Positions 9,625 to 18,042 of a stretch of DNA of 32,000 bases are shown here, piece after piece. Position 1 is the stretch's first letter; every line of letters begins with the position of its first letter. The stretch covers positions 570,001 to 602,000 of the forward strand of contig NC_002677.1 of NCBI RefSeq assembly GCF_000195855.1. The letters are read 5' to 3'. Source of the stretch: Mycobacterium leprae TN. GTDB lineage: Bacteria > Actinomycetota > Actinomycetes > Mycobacteriales > Mycobacteriaceae. Below the pieces are notes generated by a model that did no database searches, had not been told where the DNA came from, and worked only from the letters and a program-made list of their open reading frames with translations. The translations under genes were made by a program, and so were the position numbers.

Positions 9625-9638
9625 GGCTGTATGTCTCC

Positions 9639-10079
9639 TTATTGGTTCCGCTGAGGTTTTCGGGGCGAGACCTCCGTCTGGTACCACCCCTATGGTGATC
9701 CTGGGGTTAACCCGCGGCCGAGGAATATGAACGCCCCGTGACTGTATCCGGCGCTGAGCGGTTCGACGCGGATGCTTGCACATGTAGTTGCTGAACAAGC
9801 CTACGGTCACAATGTTGTTGCTGTAGCGCAGGTATTGGTTGGTGTTGTTGGCAGTGCGCGCCTCGGGTTTCTGATAGCCGGTGTGTGTCTGTGCTATTAC
9901 TTGGGTGGGTGATCCGTTGCAGACGCAGCGAATTCCGTTGACATCATGGGAATGTTCGTGATAGCGTGATGCAATATACGAGCTAATTTTCTTGTCCGGC
10001 AAGATGATTCTGAAATCAGCGACACTGTGGTGACGACGATCAGAGTGCAGGCAATCACAAAAAGACGATTGCGACTCAT
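9639..10079 (-). pseudogene. Rv2599-like membrane/secreted protein (DUF4247 as I recall) pseudogene
   Basis: ATG at 10079 gives 'MSRNRLFVIACTLIVVTTVSLIS', a signal/TM-like segment. A frameshift near 9990 moves to the frame reading 'SSYIASRYHEHSHDVNGIRCVCNGSPTQV...YLRYSNNIVTVG'. The stop at 9639-9641 lies just before the next gene's RBS. Confidence 0.5.
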
Positions 10080-10422
10080 GGACGCCACCGGCTCGCGGTG
10101 TGGACCACCGTCCCTCCGGGACCTCAAAGGACATCGTGGATACAGGTGCCACGTCTGCCAGCGCCAGTCAGTGCCGGCGGGTTCGGCGGCAAATGCGATG
10201 AACGTGGCATCATCACCGGGGAACATGTCACCAAGCCACCTGACTTGCTGCGCGCATCGTTCGTAGAGTCTGTTTGCGAGCAGACGAAACGTCTTCTAGT
10301 CGTGTGTGGTCGGTGCGGAACGTAAGGTGGTAGCCGCGGCCGCGTTAAGTGCTGCGCGTCCGAACCTTCTGCCGTCGCTGTCGGCAGGAACTATGGTGAG
10401 CTGATGAAAGCAGGCACCAGAC

Positions 10423-11059
10423 CTAATCCTCTGCGGTCTTATGCTGTATAGTTGGGGCGCGGGGTAGATGGTGCGTTAGTCGGTTAGCATGGACTTGTTG
10501 GTCGATATTTACCACGGTATAATCCGGCGCCCAGCGCTCGAAAGACATCAGCGCGGTCTCGTTGACGTGGGGCGCAGTCGACGAAGTCCATCTCCCGCCG
10601 GGTGGTAGGCTCGTCGTCCCTTCGGTGGTGTAGCTAGCGCGGCTACGTTCGGATCGGCTAAACGTCACGCCGTCAACTACTTGTTAGTTGTCGGGACGCA
10701 ACCACTTGATGTCGTTGTGGGTAAACCACATTAATTATTAATTTGAGGCGTCCATCGTCGTCTTCGATGCTGAACCAGAGCAGCTGGTCGCAACTTTTCA
10801 GCAGATGCTCCTACCAGATCAAGGGGCTTTCACGATAGGTGACCGCTCCACGAAACTGGTTTAGTCCACGTTGCCGTAACTGAAGATGGTTCCAGGTCCG
10901 AACTGCCGAGACGCGAATTGCGGCATTGTGTTAACAAGAAAGCAGGTCTTGGCGCTAGCCTGTCGGTGCCGTTGTCCTGGGTCGCCGCAAAGCCATGACG
11001 AGAATAACGATGGATACAGTGAGCAGCACCGTAGCAAGGACAACCGGCAGTTCTCTCAT
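10423..11059 (-). pseudogene. Rv2597-like membrane protein (DUF4178 as I recall) pseudogene
   Basis: ATG at 11059 gives 'MRELPVVLATVLLTVSIVILVMALRRPRTTAPTG*', with a premature TAG at 10955-10957. Further fragments sit in other frames: 'MPQFASRQFGPGTIFSYGNVD', and 'VTFSRSERSRASYTTEGTTSLPPGG...NETALMSFERWAPD'. The family name rests on my memory of M. tuberculosis synteny. Confidence 0.45.
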
Positions 11060-11223
11060 ACAGACCTTTTCGTGCCTGTACCTAATAGAATTAAGATTTG
11101 TCGGTGGGCTCGGCAGCGTAACGGGCCGGCCGACAAGCCATGCTACCGCGTGTCCTACCAGATGCTGTCTAGACTGGCCTCTAGGCTATCGAACATTGTG
11201 CGCTGTTAGATGGGGAGTATGTG

Positions 11224-11790
11224 ATGCGCGTGATGGGCGTCGATCCCGGGTTGACGCGGTGCGGGTTGTCTGTCGTCGAAAATGGGCGCGGTAGCCAAGT
11301 TGTTGCGTTGGATGTCGATGTGGTGCGCACACCATCGGACGCACCGGTATCCAAGCGCTTGCTGGCTGTCAGCGATGTCGTCGAACACTGGCTGGACGCC
11401 CATCATCCGGATGTTATGGCCATCGAACGGGTTTTTTCTCAGCAGAATGTGTCGACGGTGATGGGTACGGCACAAGCCGGCGGTGTGATCGCGTTGGCCG
11501 CGGCGAGACGCGGTATCGACGTACATTTCCATACCCCAAGTGAGGTTAAGGCCGCAGTTACCGGCAATGGTGCCGCCAACAAAGCGCAAGTTACCGCGAT
11601 GGTGACCAGAATCCTTGCACTGCAAGCTAAACCGACACCGGCCGATGCGGCCGACGCGTTGGCCCTGGCGATCTGCCACTGCTGGAGAGCACCAATGATC
11701 GCGCGGATGGCAGAAGCCGAAGCGCTGGGCGCGCGGCACCGTCAGGCCTATCGGGCCAAGGTAGCTGGCGAGGTTAAGGCCACCCGGTGA
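11224..11790 (+). CDS. ruvC: Crossover junction endodeoxyribonuclease RuvC
   Basis: '[14 protein letters not shown]' carries the catalytic Asp. 'AIERVF' and '[13 protein letters not shown]' are also present. GGGGAG lies 6 nt upstream of the ATG at 11224. The track start at 11221 is a GTG one codon earlier. Confidence 0.95.
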   Translation: MRVMGVDPGLTRCGLSVVENGRGSQVVALDVDVVRTPSDAPVSKRLLAVSDVVEHWLDAHHPDVMAIERVFSQQNVSTVMGTAQAGGVIALAAARRGIDVHFHTPSEVKAAVTGNGAANKAQVTAMVTRILALQAKPTPADAADALALAICHCWRAPMIARMAEAEALGARHRQAYRAKVAGEVKATR

Positions 11791-12398
11791 TTTTCTCGGT
11801 ACGCGGCGAGGTACTCGAGGTGGCACTTGACCACGCCGTCATCGAAGCCGCCGGTATCGGCTATCGGGTAAACGCGACGCCGTCGGCGTTGGCGACGTTG
11901 CGGCAGGGCAGCCAGGCCCGACTGGTCACCGCAATGGTCGTGCGCGAGGACTCGATGACGTTGTACGGGTTTTCTGATGCCGAGAACCGTGACCTATTCC
12001 TAGCGCTGCTGTCAGTCTCGGGAGTTGGGCCTCGCCTTGCCATGGCGACATTGGCCGTGCACGACGCTGCGGCGCTTCGGCAGGCACTGGCCGATAGTGA
12101 TGTCGCCTCGCTGACCCGGGTGCCCGGTATCGGCAAGCGTGGTGCCGAACGGATAGTGCTGGAGTTACGCGACAAGGTTGGCCCGGTAGGGGCGTCTGGA
12201 TTGACTGTGGGTACTGCTGCTGACGGCAACGCGGTGCGAGGTTCTGTGGTCGAAGCCCTGGTAGGGCTGGGTTTTGCGGCCAAGCAGGCCGAGGAAGCGA
12301 CCGACCAGGTGCTCGACGGTGAACTTGGAAAAGATGGGGCGGTGGCAACGTCCAGCGCCTTGCGGGCTGCTCTGTCGTTGCTGGGCAAGACCCGATGA
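11787..12398 (+). CDS. ruvA: Holliday junction DNA helicase subunit RuvA
   Basis: 203 aa with OB-fold N-terminus 'IFSVRGEV', HhH motifs '[12 protein letters not shown]' and '[19 protein letters not shown]', and a GTGA overlap with the ruvC stop. Confidence 0.95.
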   Translation: MIFSVRGEVLEVALDHAVIEAAGIGYRVNATPSALATLRQGSQARLVTAMVVREDSMTLYGFSDAENRDLFLALLSVSGVGPRLAMATLAVHDAAALRQALADSDVASLTRVPGIGKRGAERIVLELRDKVGPVGASGLTVGTAADGNAVRGSVVEALVGLGFAAKQAEEATDQVLDGELGKDGAVATSSALRAALSLLGKTR

Positions 12399-13444
12399 GC
12401 GAGGACTACTTGGATCGGGATGTTTCCCCGGCGCTGACCGTCGGCGAAGCCGACATCGATGTCAGCCTGCGGCCCCGCTCATTGCGGGAGTTCATCGGTC
12501 AGCCGCGGGTGCGTGAACAGCTCCAGCTGGTCATTGAAGGGGCCAAGAATCGTGGCGCCACACCGGATCACATTCTGCTGTCCGGTCCTCCGGGGTTAGG
12601 TAAGACGTCGCTGGCAATGATCATCGCTGCTGAACTCGGTTCCTCGTTGCGGATGACGTCCGGTCCTGCGCTGGAACGCGCAGGTGACCTGGCAGTGATG
12701 CTATCCAACCTGGTCGAGCACGACGTGTTGTTCATCGACGAAATCCACCGTATTGCCCGGCCTGCGGAGGAGATGCTGTACCTAGCGATGGAAGACTTTC
12801 GGGTCGACGTGATCGTCGGAAAAGGGCCTGGAGCGACATCGATTCCCTTAGAGGTCGCACCCTTTACTCTGGTCGGCGCTACCACACGGTCCGGCGCGCT
12901 GACCGGACCGTTACGTGACCGGTTCGGGTTCACCGCACACATGGATTTCTACGAGCCTACTGAGTTGGAGGGGGTGTTGGCTCGCGCGGCTGGGATTCTG
13001 GGCATCGAGTTGGGCGTCGAGGCAGGCGCGGAGATCGCTCGACGCTCGCGTGGGACGCCGCGGATCGCTAACCGGTTGCTGCGCCGGGTCCGTGACTTCG
13101 CCGAGGTCCGTGCTGATGGCGTCATCACCCGCGATGTCGCTAAGGCGGCTCTGGCGGTCTACGACGTCGACGAGCTGGGCCTGGACCGACTGGATCGGGC
13201 GGTATTGTCGGCGCTGACTCGCAGCTTTGGCGGCGGTCCGGTCGGGGTTTCGACGTTAGCGGTGGCGGTCGGGGAGGAGGCGACCACCGTAGAAGAGGTG
13301 TGTGAGCCGTTTCTGGTGCGTGCCGGCATGGTGGCACGGACCCCGCGCGGCCGGGTGGCTACTGCGCAGGCCTGGACGTACCTGTGCATGACACCGCCGG
13401 TCGGGGTCACCGGGTTGAGTCAGCCGGGGTTATTCGAGTCGTGA
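12395..13444 (+). CDS. ruvB: Holliday junction ATP-dependent DNA helicase RuvB
   Basis: 349 aa. Walker A 'GPPGLGKTS', Walker B 'LFIDEIHR', sensor 'GATTRSG', '[16 protein letters not shown]'. ATGA overlap with ruvA. Confidence 0.97.
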   Translation: MSEDYLDRDVSPALTVGEADIDVSLRPRSLREFIGQPRVREQLQLVIEGAKNRGATPDHILLSGPPGLGKTSLAMIIAAELGSSLRMTSGPALERAGDLAVMLSNLVEHDVLFIDEIHRIARPAEEMLYLAMEDFRVDVIVGKGPGATSIPLEVAPFTLVGATTRSGALTGPLRDRFGFTAHMDFYEPTELEGVLARAAGILGIELGVEAGAEIARRSRGTPRIANRLLRRVRDFAEVRADGVITRDVAKAALAVYDVDELGLDRLDRAVLSALTRSFGGGPVGVSTLAVAVGEEATTVEEVCEPFLVRAGMVARTPRGRVATAQAWTYLCMTPPVGVTGLSQPGLFES

Positions 13445-13452
13445 GGAGCGGG

Positions 13453-13781
13453 ATGATGATTGCCGCCGGTTTGATCTGCGTCGCCCTCGCCGGCGGTACT
13501 GCACGTCTACGTCTTCACCATGGAATCGTTGACGTGGACTTCTGCGCGCACCCAAGCCATGTTCGGCATGACTGTGTACGAAGCCTGAGACCATAACACT
13601 ACTTGCGCTCACCCAAGGGCTTCCAAAACTTACTTCTGTTATTTCTGGCTATTGTGAGTGGCATCGGCATTGCCGGGGCTGCGCTGGGACATGAAGCCGT
13701 TGGGCTGCCCTCCTTTTCGCCGGCGTCGGATCTATGGTTTTGGCCGCGGTCGTGCTGCTGGTTCTTGGCTTGCTGTCGTAA
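13453..13781 (+). pseudogene. Small membrane protein (DUF1304-like) pseudogene
   Basis: GAGGAG SD followed by ATG at 13453. Fragments sit in three frames: 'MMIAAGLICVALAGG', 'LHVYVFTMESLTWTSARTQAMFGMTVYEA*', 'KGFQNLLLLFLAIVSGIGIAG', 'AALLFAGVGSMVLAAVVLLVLGLLS*'. The pattern resembles DUF1304 (..H.Y...LE...W......FG......LA.NQG.YN.FLA.G). At least two frameshifts and one stop. Confidence 0.45.
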
Positions 13782-14004
13782 CACCAGAGACACCTGTTGC
13801 AATCCGGTTGCTGAAATCCTCGGGCGCAAGCGTGCAGGCTGCATCCTGCAGCATCAGGGTACTCAGCTGGTGCTGGCGTCGTTTTGGCGCGTCTTACTGT
13901 ACGGTTGGTCCGCTACATTGCTCCGCAGCACCTGCCGCAGCGGGTGGTTTCGGTGCCGTTCGTCTCGGCCGCGTAGGAGTCAACGCTCGTGGCGTAGTTC
14001 ACCA

Positions 14005-14035
14005 GATGCGGCTACGCCACGGGCGTAGCCGCATC
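14005..14035. terminator. GC-rich perfect hairpin (14-bp stem, 3-nt loop) between convergent transcription units
   Basis: GATGCGGCTACGCC (14005-14018), ACG, GGCGTAGCCGCATC (14022-14035). It lies between the + strand ruvCAB/DUF1304 remnant and the - strand fadD9 3' end. No U-tract on either side, which is common for mycobacterial I-shaped terminators. Confidence 0.4.
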
Positions 14036-14380
14036 GACAGCGTGTGGGCGCGGCAGCCGGCGCATCTGATGCCAATTATGTGCGTTGGCCGCATCAGCAA
14101 TAACATTCGTGATCGACGTCGCGCTAGTGTCTAGAGAAGTCCGAGCAGCCGTCCTTGCCAGTGTCCGCCGCTGGCTTCGGTGTTGCTCGATGCTAACCAA
14201 AGGGTCTGCTTGGCGTCGCCCTAGGCGCTGATGGTGTTTAGGAGCCACTACCTCCTTGGCCTTCGCCGCCACGGTACTAAGTACCCGGAGTGCCCTTGAC
14301 AAGAGTCTCTCGGCTGCCTCAACCTGGGCAGGCTGAAACGTCCAAAACGGTACTCAGGCTGGCGATCGACCCGCCTGTCT

Positions 14381-17300
14381 TCAAACCAGCCCGAGCAGCT
14401 GCAGATCGCTGACATATTTGGCGATGATTGCCGGCGAGATATGCGGAATATCTTTGTCCTGACCAATGTTCGCGTTTTGAACGGCCGTACGGAACCGGAT
14501 TGTGGGTGCCAGCGACCCGTGCAATGGCTTCTCCGGCTTCTGGTAGTTGTGCAACAACGGCAACAGTGAGCTGTGACGCTGCCTTTCGGGCAGGGCGCGC
14601 AGCGAAATCTCAAACCGTCGCAGCCATTCGTCGTAGTCGTTGATGCGTTGTATAGGGCAGCCGGCATCAATTAACCAGTCCACAAACTCGTCCATACCGA
14701 TGCCGTCGTCGTGCGGGTTCATTACATGATAGGTCGTGAACCCGTCTCGATCGTGCAGGCTTTGGTCTCCCAGGGTGGAGATCGCTTCGGCGATGAACTC
14801 GACGGGCAGACCGTCGTAGTGGGCGCGTTGCCGATTGCTCTCGGCGTCTAGCTCGTAGAACGAGCCGGGTGCGATGCCGGTGGCGGCTAGACTCAGCATC
14901 ATTCGAGTAAACATGTCGGGGACGTTGAGCTGACCGGCATAGCTGGTGTCGGCCAAGATCATGTCGCAGCGGAAGACCGTGACCGGCAGACCGCATAGGT
15001 CGTGAGCTTCGCGCAGCAGCACTTCGCCGGCCCACTTGCTGTTGCCGTAGCCGTTGGCATAGTTGTTGTTGATGTTGCGCGTCGGGCTAATGACTCGGAT
15101 GTCGGAGTCTTCGGTGAATTTTGCTGGCTCAATCTGATTACCGACGCCGATTGTCGACACATAGATGTACGGCTTTTGCTTACTGGTCAGCGCGATCCGA
15201 ATCAGCTCGGCGGTGCCTAACGTATTGGGGCCGAATAGCTCGCTGTACGGCAGCACGTGGTTGACCAGGGCGGCGGGGTCGACGATCAGATCGACCGTGT
15301 CGGCCAGTCGTCGCCACGTTTGCCGGTCCAATTCCAGATCTACTTCGCCTTTGTCGCCGGCGATGACCTCCAGGTGGTCGGTTGCCAGTTCCTGGTAGTG
15401 CGCCAGCAGTTTGGGGTCTCCGCTATCGAAGGTCTTGTCGAGCCGGGCCCGAGCGTCCTCGTTGGACTTGGCTCTTACCAGAGCGATTACCTTCCCTTCG
15501 ACCAGGTCCATCCGTTCGAGCCATTTCAGGGCCAAGTAGCGCCCCAGGAAGCCGGTAGCGCCGGTCAACAGGACGGTGCGCACCTCGGTGCCGGGTTGCG
15601 CCAATACGGGCGCGGCAGTCAGCGTTGATACATCGATGAATTTGTCTAGAGTGAGGTCACTGGCATGCACTTTGCCAGCGTCACGACCGTGTATGGCAAT
15701 GAAAGTGGGCCGCTTCGTGCCCTGCCGCTCGCGCTCGATGTAGTCGGCGATCGCCACCAAGTTGTTGACAGGGCTGACAATGACGCCCACCGGCACATCG
15801 ATGTCGAAGAGTTCGCGTAGCAGGCTACCGAATGTCAGCGCGGACAACGAGTCTCCTCCTAAGTCGGTGAAGTGCGCATTCGACGGCAAATCGGTGGTCG
15901 CCACTCCCAGAATGGTGCCCACGGCTCGGCTCACCGTCTGCAGTACCGGAGCGTTCGCCACGCTTTGTTTTAGCACGTGCAGTGCATTTGCCTGACCTTC
16001 AACCAGATCGGCGTAGAGCTGTTCGAGTCGCGCGCCGTAGTGCTGCTTGAGCTTCGGCCACGCCAGCTTGCGAATACCGGTGAGCAGGCCATTCTCCAGG
16101 CTGAACGGTGTAGTCTCGACGATTAAGTCGCGCGGCACCTCGTAGGACTGCAGGTCGGCTTCTTTCGCTACTTTCTGTAAAGAATCGATAATCAGCGGTT
16201 TGAGCACCTCAATGTCATTGGTAGCCAACGCATCCTCGGTCGGCACCACAACAGCCAACAGGTAGGGGTGTGCGCTGTTGCCATAGATGTAGATCTGCCG
16301 GACCAGTGGGCTATTGCTGAACGCTGCCTCGAGTTTCGCGACGGTGACGAACTGGCCCTGCGCGAGTTTCAGCACGTTGTTGCGGCGATCGACGTACACG
16401 AGCCGGTCGGGACCGACTTCGGCGACAATGTCTCCGGTCTGGTAGTAACCGTCGCTGTCGAACACGGTGGCGGTAACCTCAGGACGCTTGTAGTAGCCGG
16501 GGAACATGTTCTGGGTCTTGAGCAGCAATTCACCTCTCGGATAAGGCTGGTCGGTGCTGAAGTAGCCCAAATCCGGAACGTCGACCAGCTTGTAATCGAT
16601 AACCGGCGGACGTTGCACTTCGCCGTCAAACAAGACCATGCCGGCTTCGGTGGAGCCGTAGCCTTCCAACAGATGCATTTCGAGTAGGGACTCGACCCCG
16701 TGTTTCAACTCCGGGGAGGTTGGCGCCGAGCCCGTCATAGCCGCGATGTACCGTCCTCCCAGCAGGGATTGCCGCTGTTCATCCATAACTTCGGCTTTGA
16801 TGGCTGCACGGTCGGCGGAGCCGCTGTTGGCTAACCGACGGTCAACTGCGCGTTTGGATTCATCGTAGAGGGTTTCCCAGATGCGCGGTACAAAGTTCAA
16901 CTCGGTCGGCCGCACCAGCTTGAGATCCTCCAGCAGCGTCGAGAGGTCGCTGCGGGCGGCGAAGTAAGCCGTGCCGCCGTTACCGAGCGTGCCGTAGAGG
17001 ATTCCGCGGCCCATGACGTGGCTCATCGGCATGAAGTTAAGAGTGATTGACGCGGCGGTTGGCCCGAACCAGTTTCCGTCTGACCGGCGCCACATCTTGC
17101 CGACATTGCTTTGCAGATACATCGCGCCCTTGGGTGCGCCGGTGCTGCCAGATGTGTAGATCAGCAACGCCAACGGGTCAGCAGAGTCATCGGCCACGGG
17201 GATCGGCGTAGCTGGCAGCGTCTTGCCGCGACCGAGGACCTCGGTCAGGCTCTCGACCACCACGCTACTGTCCGCCAACCGCGCCCGGGCGGTTGCCACT

Positions 17301-17905
17301 GCGTCATGCTGCTCGTCGACCTCGGGGTGGTAGTCAAACACAACGAGCTTCGCTGGCGCCTGGCCAGACAGGATCAGCTCGACAGTATCGGGCAGCTGGT
17401 TTACGCTCGTCGCGATCATACTGGGTTCGGTCTCGGTCACGATCGACTGCAGCTGGGTGATCGCCGCACTGGTCTGCAGTGGAACCGCCACAGCACCAAT
17501 CACGCCGAGCGCCATGTCGATGATGGCGTAATCGACACTGTTGAAACCTAGCACGCAGACCCGGTAGCCGGCGTGCAGTAGGTCGTGCCTCCAGGCGCGC
17601 GCCAGCGCTCCGACACGGTCGCCCAACTGGCGGTAGGTGATGGTCTCAAAGCTGGGGAGCAGCTCCATCGAGGTGCGTCCGGTCTTAGGGTCTTTGGTGA
17701 ACTCGGCGACGCGCTGGCCCAGTGCCGGCCGCTCCGCGTAACCGTCCAGCGCGGTCTGGATGATTTGGGGCAGTCGAAGCCCGGGCTGGGCAAGGGCGGC
17801 GGCTACCGCCGGGTCGGGTTTGGCGGCGGCGAACTGCGGGTCGTTGGCGGTGAGGTCGTCAACGCGGCGTGCGAGCTGCTTTTCCTGCTTAGTGATAGTC
17901 GACAT
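14381..17905 (-). CDS. fadD9: Carboxylic acid reductase (adenylation, PCP and NAD(P)H reductase domains), FadD9
   Basis: Adenylation core 'LLIYTSGSTGAPKGAMY', 'GYGSTEAG', 'YQTGDIV'. Carrier-domain Ser 'FTDLGGDSLSAL'. Terminal SDR-type reductase 'LLTGATGFLGRYL' and 'YGNSKWAGEVLL'. Start set at the ATG at 17905 (MSTITKQEKQ...), preceded by AAGGAA; the track's 17947 start adds 14 aa. Confidence 0.93.
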   Translation of the reverse strand: MSTITKQEKQLARRVDDLTANDPQFAAAKPDPAVAAALAQPGLRLPQIIQTALDGYAERPALGQRVAEFTKDPKTGRTSMELLPSFETITYRQLGDRVGALARAWRHDLLHAGYRVCVLGFNSVDYAIIDMALGVIGAVAVPLQTSAAITQLQSIVTETEPSMIATSVNQLPDTVELILSGQAPAKLVVFDYHPEVDEQHDAVATARARLADSSVVVESLTEVLGRGKTLPATPIPVADDSADPLALLIYTSGSTGAPKGAMYLQSNVGKMWRRSDGNWFGPTAASITLNFMPMSHVMGRGILYGTLGNGGTAYFAARSDLSTLLEDLKLVRPTELNFVPRIWETLYDESKRAVDRRLANSGSADRAAIKAEVMDEQRQSLLGGRYIAAMTGSAPTSPELKHGVESLLEMHLLEGYGSTEAGMVLFDGEVQRPPVIDYKLVDVPDLGYFSTDQPYPRGELLLKTQNMFPGYYKRPEVTATVFDSDGYYQTGDIVAEVGPDRLVYVDRRNNVLKLAQGQFVTVAKLEAAFSNSPLVRQIYIYGNSAHPYLLAVVVPTEDALATNDIEVLKPLIIDSLQKVAKEADLQSYEVPRDLIVETTPFSLENGLLTGIRKLAWPKLKQHYGARLEQLYADLVEGQANALHVLKQSVANAPVLQTVSRAVGTILGVATTDLPSNAHFTDLGGDSLSALTFGSLLRELFDIDVPVGVIVSPVNNLVAIADYIERERQGTKRPTFIAIHGRDAGKVHASDLTLDKFIDVSTLTAAPVLAQPGTEVRTVLLTGATGFLGRYLALKWLERMDLVEGKVIALVRAKSNEDARARLDKTFDSGDPKLLAHYQELATDHLEVIAGDKGEVDLELDRQTWRRLADTVDLIVDPAALVNHVLPYSELFGPNTLGTAELIRIALTSKQKPYIYVSTIGVGNQIEPAKFTEDSDIRVISPTRNINNNYANGYGNSKWAGEVLLREAHDLCGLPVTVFRCDMILADTSYAGQLNVPDMFTRMMLSLAATGIAPGSFYELDAESNRQRAHYDGLPVEFIAEAISTLGDQSLHDRDGFTTYHVMNPHDDGIGMDEFVDWLIDAGCPIQRINDYDEWLRRFEISLRALPERQRHSSLLPLLHNYQKPEKPLHGSLAPTIRFRTAVQNANIGQDKDIPHISPAIIAKYVSDLQLLGLV

Positions 17906-18042
17906 AACAGATTCCTTGCGATGAGAAATAGACTGTTGGCGCCACACGGCACAGACAATTAGAAAATTAGCTGTGCTAAAATATTCCTCAGTGGCTGGGT
18001 TACAGATGTGAGATCGTCCACTTCAGGGGTTCTTGGTCTAGT

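Noticed and set aside
9331-10152. 273-aa minus-strand ORF, the longest unassigned ORF in the yebC-ruvC gap
   Set aside because: It is a chimera. Its C-terminal 97 aa are the Rv2600-like membrane gene, which has its own AAGGAGA-ATG start at 9624. The upstream part is a shifted frame of the Rv2599-like pseudogene, whose true start (MSRNRLF, 10079) is in another frame.
11060-11220. Expected vapBC40 (and vapBC41 near 7120-7200) toxin-antitoxin pairs, by synteny with M. tuberculosis
   Set aside because: The available intervals are too short (about 160 bp and under 100 bp). They show no PIN-domain or antitoxin-like translation, so the pairs are simply absent here.
11206-11826. 206-aa ORF on the minus strand overlapping ruvC; similar long antisense ORFs at 11861-12388, 12568-12942, 16268-16687, 18320-18817, 21314-21982 and 26288-26947
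   Set aside because: Each lies antisense to a gene with strong family motifs. The products are Arg/Pro/Ser/Ala-rich and low in complexity. Long stop-free antisense frames are an expected artefact of GC-rich coding DNA.
17906-17947. Longer N-terminal extensions offered by the ORF track for fadD9 (17947), gabT (19452), secD (20036), secF (21786), relA (25550), the MBL hydrolase (28993) and pdxT (5466)
   Set aside because: In each case an internal ATG/GTG with a better-placed Shine-Dalgarno matches the conserved orthologue N-terminus. The extensions overlap upstream genes or pseudogene remnants.
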